From positions 1 through 45,399 of the forward strand of contig JBFMCE010000015.1 in NCBI GenBank assembly GCA_040754655.1: a stretch of DNA of 45,399 nt, in the 5' to 3' direction. Source of the stretch: Bdellovibrionota bacterium (GTDB lineage: Bacteria > Bdellovibrionota > UBA1018 > UBA923). The notes beneath the pieces were generated by a model. The model saw only the letters and a list, made by a program, of their open reading frames with translations, was not told where the DNA came from and did not search any database. Numbering within the stretch: position 1 is the stretch's first letter; each line of letters begins with the position of its first letter. This document shows, in pieces, positions 9,344-17,338 of this stretch. The position numbers and the translations under genes were made by a program.

Positions 9344-10963
9344 TTAGTTGGGATGGCCTTTGGCATTAGCAGGATTTTTAGACCGCGATTTGCGAGAAGA
9401 GTGTTGTTTACCGACTTGCTTTTGCGCTGAAGCGCCCGAGTCTACCTTGTTGATGCTGGCTTGTTCTTCTAAGACGCCACAATCGCCCTCTTGAAGCCAT
9501 GCTTGCATTACACCAGGAGATTCCTTAGTGCCCTGATAATATTCTTGGCGCAGGCAATAGACGAGCGCTGCTCGTTCTGCGTAATCATCCAGCGTCACAT
9601 CCGGCGGCATTGCTCCGGTTAAAATATACGATTCGAATTCATGCTGCATTTCGGGCATTTTTCCGAGGCCCGCTGTTTTTTCTGTAATGGGAAGGGTGAA
9701 TGCCGTGGGAAAGTTAAAGGCGCCTTTTCCGCCCTCTCCGTTGAAGTGGCACCTCGAGCAGTCCATGGCGCTTTTTACGCGATTTAGTGCATCGTCTGAG
9801 AAAGATTTCCCATCCTGCAGTTTTCTCGCAGGCTCAGAGCACTTTTTTAAGAAATCAAGCGAGCGGCGCTGGTCGGCTTTTTCGCCATGCGGTCCGATGG
9901 GCGGGCCATAAGCCTCAATTTTCATCCGTCCGAATGGAGAAAGGGTTCCGTAGCTTGCGGCCTTGCTATTAAACTCTTCAACGCGTTCAAGATATCGAGA
10001 GTCGATCTTGTGAGCCTGGGTCGGTTTGATCGACATCTTGTGGCATTGATAGCAGTTGTGCAGGGTGAGGCGCGGCTGCTTGTCCCAGGGAGTGGCGGAA
10101 TGCGCGGCGATCGTCTTAGAAGCAATGGGCGGTTCTTTGTTGGAACGGGAATACGGCCAAGAGGCGTGTGGGCTTTGATAGAGGATTTTATCGCCAGTAG
10201 ATCCTTTGGCGACCGCCTGTACAGCCACGCTCAAGGCGACGCCGGTGTCGCACACCTGTATAAACTTTTCTTGTTTTCCAGGAATATTGACAAGCAAGCA
10301 TTTCTCGAACGGTAAATTCTTGGGCTCATACACATAAGCCAACCACTTTTCTTCTGGAGGAAGCTTTGAGTTGATCTTCCGGTCGATGTAGTTCACTGAC
10401 TCCTGCAAGTTCGGGGATCCATCCTGGTTGATCTTCCAAAAACTGGGATCATGAAATTCCTTAGGGAATGCCACGATGTCTTTCACCGCCTGCAGGTATT
10501 CTTTGTCAGGCATTTCAAGGCCCATTTGGTGGTTTTCGGCGTGGCCTCCGGTTCTGGCCCTTACGACTTCTGCGAATCTTCGCAAGTTATGCGAGCAAGA
10601 TTCGACTTCAGGATTGCGCAAGAAGAAATCAATGCCTGTTGCCTTGCAGTGCTCTAGTTTTTCTAGAAAAGTGAGCGCAGTTCTTACGTGGTCAAGTGAC
10701 CATTGAGTCATCTCGTTTTGGTCGCTGAACTTGGTGGGACCGCCAATAGGAATTGGTTTAGAGAAATCCAAGGCTACTTGGTCTCGCCACTTCTTGAATT
10801 CACTACGGTTTTTAAAGCAAGCAATCCCCGGCTTTGGCTTTTGCAATTTGCCGCGAATCATTTTGGGTTTTGTCTGGCTTTGCGCCATCGCAATATTGTG
10901 CGCAATGAAATGACTAAAAAAAATACAGGCCAAAATCCAAAGGGACGGAAAATGGGGGAGCAT
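9344..10963 (-). CDS. Secreted protein with two CXXCH motifs (putative diheme c-type cytochrome)
   Basis: 539-aa ORF, signal peptide, CYQCH and CSRCH, downstream GAMPP. Confidence 0.7.
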   Translation of the reverse strand: MLPHFPSLWILACIFFSHFIAHNIAMAQSQTKPKMIRGKLQKPKPGIACFKNRSEFKKWRDQVALDFSKPIPIGGPTKFSDQNEMTQWSLDHVRTALTFLEKLEHCKATGIDFFLRNPEVESCSHNLRRFAEVVRARTGGHAENHQMGLEMPDKEYLQAVKDIVAFPKEFHDPSFWKINQDGSPNLQESVNYIDRKINSKLPPEEKWLAYVYEPKNLPFEKCLLVNIPGKQEKFIQVCDTGVALSVAVQAVAKGSTGDKILYQSPHASWPYSRSNKEPPIASKTIAAHSATPWDKQPRLTLHNCYQCHKMSIKPTQAHKIDSRYLERVEEFNSKAASYGTLSPFGRMKIEAYGPPIGPHGEKADQRRSLDFLKKCSEPARKLQDGKSFSDDALNRVKSAMDCSRCHFNGEGGKGAFNFPTAFTLPITEKTAGLGKMPEMQHEFESYILTGAMPPDVTLDDYAERAALVYCLRQEYYQGTKESPGVMQAWLQEGDCGVLEEQASINKVDSGASAQKQVGKQHSSRKSRSKNPANAKGHPN

Positions 10964-11100
10964 CCTGGTTTCAAGTATAAGGAATTTCTGTCAAAGTCGT
11001 AAGGACAGGGCTCTTTGTGGTTATTTTTTTTCTCGATGCTAGGAAAATTTTCTCTAGATTTAGATGAGAGAGGTAAACGAAAGGCAGCTTACCCCGCTTT

Positions 11101-11976
11101 TTACTGTCTTCCCTCGATCATGTTCTCAAGGTCCTGAGATCCAAAGCTAAACTCGCTGCCGCAGAAGTCACAGTGCACTTCAGCGCCTTTGTCTTTTTCG
11201 AGCATGTCTTGCAGCTCAGCCCTTCCGAGCAGAAGCAGGGCGCGGCCTATTCTTTCCTTTGAGCAATTGCATTGGAACGACAGCGGTCTGTCATCGAGAA
11301 TCGTGAACGTCGTGTCAGTGAAGATCTGACCCAAAAGACGGGTGGGATTCGAATTTTCAGCGACTTCCGCCGCAAGTGACTGCAGATTATGGATATTGTC
11401 TTCTATTGCGGCAATTTCAGCCGAGCTTGCTCCGGGCAAGACTTGAACCATAAAAGCGCCAGCAGAGCTGACCTGGCCCCCTTTTTCAAGATTCACGGCA
11501 AGGCCAATGGCTGAGGGAATCTGTTCTGATTGGCTAAGATAGTAGGTGAGATCTTTTGCAAGGTGACCAGTCACCACAGGAACGGTTCCTATGTAAGGCT
11601 CTTTTTCATTGAGCTTTAGGCGCACAACCGAGAGAAGCCCGTTCTGCCAAGGGCCTAGTTTTTGGTCCAGATTACCAACCAAATCGCGTGAAATGATGAA
11701 ACCACGCACTTTTCCTTCTGGCGCGGCGTCAACGACGGTTTGCTTGAAAATGCCATCGCCTTTTACGGAAAGGCTCACCCTCTCGCCGGGTTTGCAAGTC
11801 GAGGCCAGCAAAAGCCCTCCCATCAAAGCTTCACCCAGAGCATTGATTTCGGGGCCGCTGAGTTTGTGACGGCGCCTTGCTTCTTCGACGAGATCGGTGG
11901 CGCAAATCGAAGTTGCGATCATATTGCCGCCCTGAGCAATACACTTAATCCATTTATCGGGAATCGAGGTATTCAC
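11101..11976 (-). CDS. hslO: Redox-regulated chaperone Hsp33
   Basis: YYLSQSEQIPSA, AGAFMVQVLPGA, C-terminal CNCS...CDFC zinc motif. Confidence 0.95.
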   Translation of the reverse strand: MNTSIPDKWIKCIAQGGNMIATSICATDLVEEARRRHKLSGPEINALGEALMGGLLLASTCKPGERVSLSVKGDGIFKQTVVDAAPEGKVRGFIISRDLVGNLDQKLGPWQNGLLSVVRLKLNEKEPYIGTVPVVTGHLAKDLTYYLSQSEQIPSAIGLAVNLEKGGQVSSAGAFMVQVLPGASSAEIAAIEDNIHNLQSLAAEVAENSNPTRLLGQIFTDTTFTILDDRPLSFQCNCSKERIGRALLLLGRAELQDMLEKDKGAEVHCDFCGSEFSFGSQDLENMIEGRQ

Positions 11977-12055
11977 AGGCTGAATCTACCATAGTTGATA
12001 CAATTTTTCTCAAGTTTGCTGGTGACACCCGATATAGCCGGTTCATAATGACTTT

Positions 12056-13567
12056 ATGCTGATCTCCCAAACTTTCTCTCCGATAGCGCTTCGCAATGGC
12101 GCCAGGCATGCATTCAAATATTTAAAGCACCAGATCACTTACAAAGAGTTTTGGGAAACATCCAGCCGGTTTTCGTATTTCTTGCAGAAAGAAATCGGCC
12201 ATGGATTGAGGGTGGGGCTTTGGATGTCGAATTGCCCGCACACCGCATATTGTTTCTTTGCCTTGGCGAATACGAAAAGCTGTGCTGTGCCCTTGAATCC
12301 GTGGGCCGCACCGGATGAAAATTTGTTCAAGATCAAGAATTCTGAGATCACCGTGATCTTGTGTTCAAGCGACCATACCAAGAAACTCAAAGAGTTTTTG
12401 CACCAGAATGGCTTAAGTTCGATAAAAGTAATTGATATGGAGACCAAGCGGTGCGCTGAGTATGACCCTACTTACACGCCGCCGGCAGGCCATGTTCCCA
12501 ATGAGAAAGACCATATCCTTTTGTTTTATACGCCCGGAACCACGGGCAAATACAAGGGCTGTCTTTTCAATCATGTCGCTGTGGGTCAGGCAGTGACTTC
12601 AGTGAAGTCGGCCTATAAAGCTTCTACTACCGATGTTTTTCACACCCAATTTCATTACAGCAACCCATTTAACTTCATCCATTTCCTTCTCGCACCGCTT
12701 GCGGCGGGATCAACCGTTTTTATTTCAGATCAAGTAGATCACAAGACGGTGATCGCCGGGCTGACAGAAGCTCGGGTGACGAGGTTTGCCCCTCAATTGA
12801 CGCTTTTCCCGGAGATGTTGAGGCTCGCTGAGACCGAGAAGCTTCCGATTCCCACGGTCAAGACGATTTCGGTGAGCGGGACGAGCCTTAGTGCCGAGAG
12901 CTGGAGCCTGATCAAGAAAACCAAGATTGGCGTGATCAATATCTATGGGTTGACCGAGTATTTGGGAACCGTGGCGATGGGAACCCCTGATTGCCTGGGC
13001 GAGGCCGCGAAGCCGGGCCTCATGGGTCCTGTTTTGGTGGGCACGAAGGTCAGGGTCGTTGATGACCAGGGAGATGAGATCGAGAAAAAGAAACCTCAGA
13101 AAGGGCAGCTTCTTGTGATGGGCCCCGCCTTGATGGATAAGTACCTTGGTTTGCCCGAAGAGCAAAAAGTGATGGTGAGGGGGACTTGGCTTTTTACGGG
13201 CGATATTTGTGAGATCGACAAAGAGGGCCGCGTTTTCTTTCTCGATCGCAAGGCTGATGTTGTCACTCTTCAAGATGGCAGGAAGATCTACGCCAAAGAA
13301 GTCGAGCCGGTCGTAAAGGCCATTCAACAGGTCGAGGACGCGGCATTCGTTGGGATTCGCGACCGTTTGAAAAAGCCGCTCTCGGCGCTGATCATCGTGC
13401 GAAGAGCGCAATCGACCGTTACTGAAAAACAAATCCACGATTATTTGACCACCAAACTTCCGCGAGAGCGCATGCCCGCTGTTGTTTTCTTCATTGATGC
13501 GATGCCGCGCACTGTTTCTGGTGCGATCAACCGAGCGAAGTTGAGGTCGTTGTATGATGGGGTTTAG
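12056..13567 (+). CDS. Class I adenylate-forming (acyl-CoA synthetase-like) protein
   Basis: YTPGTTGKYKG, YGLTE, WLFTGD, DRKAD; A10 lysine is replaced (see findings). Confidence 0.85.
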   Translation: MLISQTFSPIALRNGARHAFKYLKHQITYKEFWETSSRFSYFLQKEIGHGLRVGLWMSNCPHTAYCFFALANTKSCAVPLNPWAAPDENLFKIKNSEITVILCSSDHTKKLKEFLHQNGLSSIKVIDMETKRCAEYDPTYTPPAGHVPNEKDHILLFYTPGTTGKYKGCLFNHVAVGQAVTSVKSAYKASTTDVFHTQFHYSNPFNFIHFLLAPLAAGSTVFISDQVDHKTVIAGLTEARVTRFAPQLTLFPEMLRLAETEKLPIPTVKTISVSGTSLSAESWSLIKKTKIGVINIYGLTEYLGTVAMGTPDCLGEAAKPGLMGPVLVGTKVRVVDDQGDEIEKKKPQKGQLLVMGPALMDKYLGLPEEQKVMVRGTWLFTGDICEIDKEGRVFFLDRKADVVTLQDGRKIYAKEVEPVVKAIQQVEDAAFVGIRDRLKKPLSALIIVRRAQSTVTEKQIHDYLTTKLPRERMPAVVFFIDAMPRTVSGAINRAKLRSLYDGV

Positions 13568-13570
13568 TAA

Positions 13571-13639
13571 AAACGGATATCGGATTTCGGTTAACAGTGA
13601 CGGAATTCAGATTCGGTACCAGAACCGGTTTACGGTTTC
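13571..13639. repeat. Degenerate 6-7-mer tandem repeat tract containing left copy of 30-bp direct repeat (13610-13639)
   Basis: aaacgg atatcgg atttcgg ttaacag tgacgg aattcag attcgg taccag aaccgg tttacgg; 13610-13639 matches 14970-14999 at 28/30. Confidence 0.85.
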
Positions 13640-13827
13640 TTAGGATAACTTAGTTTATAGACACATGCTGCAATGTGATCTGCGAGATCAAGTGTCTCTT
13701 TATCTTTGATCTCAATCAAATTAAAAATAGCCTGAATTTCTCGGATCGAGCCAAATGCAATGGCATAGAATCTTGCTTTGTCTCTCTGAGTAGGTTTTGC
13801 ACTGCCTTCAGCTAGGTTTAAAACAAC
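13630..13827 (-). pseudogene. C-terminal part of a four helix bundle (23S rRNA IVP/Avd-like) protein, N-terminus missing
   Basis: VVLNLAEGSAKPTQRDKARFYAIAFGSIREIQ matches the family pattern NIAEG...RF..IA.GS..E; upstream frame is simply the antisense of the neighbouring fragment. Confidence 0.8.
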
Positions 13828-14033
13828 TCTTGAGAGCAAGTTTAAGCATTGTGTTGAACTTGGCAGAAGGCAGCGGTAAGCCCACAAAGCCTGAGCAAAG
13901 ACGATTCTATGCTATTGCGTTAGGCAGCCTCCGCGAAACGGAGGCTCTTTTGAGAATTCTCAACATTACACCGGCTCTTTTTACCGCCGATCGCCTTGGT
14001 GGTATACTCTATCGTCTGATTCATCCCAAGTGA
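13824..14033 (+). pseudogene. C-terminal part of a second four helix bundle protein, N-terminus missing
   Basis: QLLRASLSIVLNLAEGSGKPTKPEQRRFYAIALGSLRETE; no ATG/RBS; first helix absent. Confidence 0.8.
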
Positions 14034-14144
14034 GCTGTTTTCTGATTCAGATTTCGGTTGATCAAGATGCTGTAAGCAATCAGGGTGAATGTTTTTTATT
14101 TTAGTGCTGTTATCAATCGATGATCCTTCATCTAAAGAAGAATG

Positions 14145-14690
14145 TTATTCATAATGCTTTGAGATAATAGAGCAGATATTAGGAATGTCTTTTAAACCCG
14201 AAATAGATTCTTCATGGTAGCCTTTAGCAAAATTTTCGAGTGCAAGATCCAATCGGTTTTCAACAAGAATAAGTGCATGCAGTTCTTGTTCTGGTAAATC
14301 ACTAAAAGCATTCATGTCATGATTTGCGCTAAAAAAATTCGCTAACCATGAGGTTGTTGGGTTTAAATGAATGGATTGAGCTTCTTCTCCCGAAATACTC
14401 GGATAAAAGTTTCCTTCTCCCGCGATGGTTATTGTAGACTTTCCCGTGCTATCAATTCTAAACAGTCCCTTTCCGCAGGAATCTTTCCAGTCAAAAGTTA
14501 GACCTGGGAAAGTGCCCTTTTCTGCATTTCCCGGCTGGTATCGAATCTCTATGCCGTTATCGCGTGCCAATTTACTGAATGCATCAAGAGGTTTGGATTC
14601 AGTTTCTAATACAAGTGGTTTGTCAGCGAAAACCAAAGAAGATTGAACAAACAACGTTACCACGACAATGAATATGCTTTTCATGCTCAA
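14145..14690 (-). CDS. Hypothetical secreted protein, AT-rich
   Basis: 181-aa ORF, AGGAG RBS, MKSIFIVVVTLFVQSSLVFA signal peptide. Confidence 0.75.
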   Translation of the reverse strand: MSMKSIFIVVVTLFVQSSLVFADKPLVLETESKPLDAFSKLARDNGIEIRYQPGNAEKGTFPGLTFDWKDSCGKGLFRIDSTGKSTITIAGEGNFYPSISGEEAQSIHLNPTTSWLANFFSANHDMNAFSDLPEQELHALILVENRLDLALENFAKGYHEESISGLKDIPNICSIISKHYE

Positions 14691-14713
14691 GAATTCTCCT
14701 TATCGAGGAGTAT

Positions 14714-14729
14714 TGCAACATCAAGGCCG
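14714..14729 (-). promoter_or_regulatory. Putative sigma54 -24/-12 promoter
   Basis: CGGCCT-TGATG-TTGCA on minus strand (GG-N10-GC) just upstream of the 14690 start. Confidence 0.55.
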
Positions 14730-14843
14730 GTTTTATTCAGAAGCTAATAAATAAGAAAAATTAGAGCGTTATTCTTATCAACTTTTGGAACGACGGACAT
14801 GTGCATGTAAAGAATCTAAGGTTCTTAATTATCGGGTAGGCAG

Positions 14844-14862
14844 ATGTCAAAGTATTAGACAT
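14844..14862. promoter_or_regulatory. Palindrome ATGTC-N9-GACAT, putative enhancer site
   Basis: atgtcaaagtattagacat about 115 bp upstream of the sigma54-like element; same motif at 30047-30063. Confidence 0.5.
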
Positions 14863-14930
14863 TTCTTTGAAGGCCCATACTTAAAAATTTTCCAGCGCAT
14901 GAATTGGTGCACTCTACAGATGAGCCCGTC

Positions 14931-15016
14931 AGTTAGCGGTTAACTGTTCCCAATTCCGAATCGGTCGCCGATGCGGTGCCAGAACCGGTTTACGGTTTCA
15001 CGGTTAACGGTTCCCG
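14931..15016. repeat. Degenerate 6-8-mer tandem repeat tract containing right copy of 30-bp direct repeat (14970-14999)
   Basis: atgcgg tgccag aaccgg tttacgg tttcacgg ttaacgg; 21-bp perfect core ccagaaccggtttacggtttc shared with 13619-13639. Confidence 0.85.
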
Positions 15017-15110
15017 TCCTGCGCTTGGGCATAATTTACCGCGTCAATTGGAACCTAGGTCTCACCGATAAAGCATTGCCAGGACCATTGGTGCGGAGGG
15101 AATTTCAATT

Positions 15111-16007
15111 ATGTCACGTCAGGCTTTTGCAAAGAGCCAAGTTCCAAAAGGGTTTGATAAGCTTCTTGAGAAGCTCAACGATATCCCCACTCTTCCGATT
15201 GTCGCGAGTAAAGTGAATGAGTTGATCAACGATCCAAATTCAAGCTCATCCGACATCGCAAACGTCCTCAAAAAAGACCAGGTTCTCACCGCGAAAGTCC
15301 TGAAGCTGATCAACTCGCCGTATTACGGAATCCCAGGTGAAGTGACCGATGTTCAGCGCGCGTTGGCTTTTTTGGGGTTCAATACCCTGGCTCAACTCGT
15401 TCTCGGCATCAGCGTATTCTCTCTTTTTCCTTCAGAAGAGAATGACGAGTTCTCGATGTTGAATTTCTGGCGACATGCCCTCGCAACCGCGGTGTGCAGC
15501 GAGGTCCTCGCCAAGCGGATAAAATACAAAAAACCCGAGGAGTGCTTTACTTGTGGCCTCCTCCACGACATCGGCAAGATCGTGATGTACCAAATCGCAA
15601 AAGACATGTTTTTTAGCGTCTTTCGCAGGGCTCAAGAAAAGAAGATCAGTTTTTTCGACGCGGAAGGCGAACTCGACGTGCCGGGCCATGTCTTCTTGGG
15701 CGAACATATTGCGGCCAAATGGGGACTTCCACAGGTGATTCGCAACGCCGTTCGATACCATCACCTTGATATCCGCAATGTTTCGACGATTTTACCAGGC
15801 ATGAAGCCACCGATTTACATCGTTTCGTTAGCCAATTCATTGGTTGTGAACATGGGCATTGGTCATTCAGGCGATTTTTCAGACGGCGGTTTACAGCCTT
15901 ATATGTACGAGATCTTAGGACTGGGCTTTGATTCTTTGGAAAGCATTAAGCAACAAACCCAGGAAGAGATGAAGAAGGCGGGATCGTTCATTACGGCGGC
16001 CCTGTAA
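15111..16007 (+). CDS. HDOD domain protein
   Basis: IPTLP, DQVLTAKVLKLINSPYYG, FWRHALATA, GLLHDIGK, WGLP...VRYHH; GGAGG RBS. Confidence 0.93.
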   Translation: MSRQAFAKSQVPKGFDKLLEKLNDIPTLPIVASKVNELINDPNSSSSDIANVLKKDQVLTAKVLKLINSPYYGIPGEVTDVQRALAFLGFNTLAQLVLGISVFSLFPSEENDEFSMLNFWRHALATAVCSEVLAKRIKYKKPEECFTCGLLHDIGKIVMYQIAKDMFFSVFRRAQEKKISFFDAEGELDVPGHVFLGEHIAAKWGLPQVIRNAVRYHHLDIRNVSTILPGMKPPIYIVSLANSLVVNMGIGHSGDFSDGGLQPYMYEILGLGFDSLESIKQQTQEEMKKAGSFITAAL

Positions 16008-16010
16008 AAA

Positions 16011-17324
16011 ATGAAAACGAAAGCAAACAAGAGCCCGAGAAAACTGCGAGTGGTGCATGGGGGCAAGGCCGTCACCGTGAAAGGCCGAACCGGCGCTACG
16101 GCGAAAACCGCTCAACCTTCAATTTTAAACGTCGGTGCAACTGAGGAGTCGCGCTCTGAGCGTTCTCGTTACGATGTTTTGCTTCAAAATGCGAACGATG
16201 CGATTTTGGTGGTCGATCTTGAGAACCACCTCGTCAGTGATGCGAATAGGGCTGCTCTTGAGATGACTGGATACCTTCAGGAAGAGCTGGTGGGTAACTC
16301 AATTGAACTCTTGTACCCCGCCAAGAGCCACCAGATGCCTCAATACAGCCAACCTTTTGGGCACGATCACCTTGAGAATCGGGGTTTTTTTGAGGACGTG
16401 GTCTTGATCTCGAAAGACGGTTACTTGCACTACGTAAGTCTTTCCGTTCGCCCTTTGAATCTCGAAGGACACCGGGTCGCGATGTGTATCATTCGCGACG
16501 TCGGCGAGAAAAAGGCGATGGAACGGGATCTCATCACTAAACACACCGAGCTGAGAAATGCTTATGTGAGCCTTGAGAAGGCCAACGCCGAACTCAAGTC
16601 GATGCAAGAAACCCTGGTTCAGTCAGGAAAACTCGCAGCCCTTGGTGAGCTCGCGGCGGGCATTGCTCATGAATTGAATCAACCCCTTACCGCAGTGAAA
16701 GGATTCGCCCAAGAAGCCATCGCCCTGGCAGACAAAGAGCAAGGCTCTTCAACGTTGAAATCATTTCTCGATGAAGTCGTTCAAGGGGCGGGAAAGATGG
16801 AACGCATCATCTCCCATCTGCGCAATTTCACTCGAAAGAGCACTTCTGATTTTGAATGGATCGACGTGCACGGCGTGATCGAAGAGTCTCTCATCATGCT
16901 TGATAAACAACTGCGCAGCAGGGGCATCGAAGTGACCAGAAACTTTGAAGGCGACCTGCCGAAAGTCTACTGCAACCCGTTTCAACTCGAGCAGGTGTTC
17001 ATCAACCTCGCCACCAACGCGCGAGATGCAATAGAAGCCAACAGAGGCGTGCAAGGCAAGATCTTGATTCGCACGCGCAGGGACGGCGATCACATGGTTG
17101 AGATCCAGTACGAAGATAACGGCTGTGGAATGGCCGATTACGTGAAGGCCAAGATATTCAATCCCTTCTTCACGACAAAAGAAGTGGGCAAGGGAATGGG
17201 ACTGGGCTTGTCGATTTCGTACGGGATATTGTCACGTATCCATGCATCGATCATCGTGCAATCGACGATGGGCAAAGGAAGCGTGTTTACGATTAAACTT
17301 CCGGTGGATTACCGGAAACATTGA
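16011..17324 (+). CDS. Cytoplasmic PAS sensor histidine kinase (NtrB-like)
   Basis: PAS (NANDAI...ANRAALEMTGY), AGIAHELNQPL H-box, QVFINLATNARDA, DNGCGM, FNPFFTTK, GMGLGLS. Confidence 0.95.
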   Translation: MKTKANKSPRKLRVVHGGKAVTVKGRTGATAKTAQPSILNVGATEESRSERSRYDVLLQNANDAILVVDLENHLVSDANRAALEMTGYLQEELVGNSIELLYPAKSHQMPQYSQPFGHDHLENRGFFEDVVLISKDGYLHYVSLSVRPLNLEGHRVAMCIIRDVGEKKAMERDLITKHTELRNAYVSLEKANAELKSMQETLVQSGKLAALGELAAGIAHELNQPLTAVKGFAQEAIALADKEQGSSTLKSFLDEVVQGAGKMERIISHLRNFTRKSTSDFEWIDVHGVIEESLIMLDKQLRSRGIEVTRNFEGDLPKVYCNPFQLEQVFINLATNARDAIEANRGVQGKILIRTRRDGDHMVEIQYEDNGCGMADYVKAKIFNPFFTTKEVGKGMGLGLSISYGILSRIHASIIVQSTMGKGSVFTIKLPVDYRKH

Positions 17325-17338
17325 AAGGACCAAGTGTC

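Noticed and set aside
13630..14033. Diversity-generating retroelement suggested by Avd-like proteins and paired similar sequences
   Set aside because: No reverse transcriptase; differences are mostly synonymous, not adenine-specific, and the copies are inverted.
13630..14033. 23S rRNA intervening sequence
   Set aside because: No rRNA sequence flanks the fragments.
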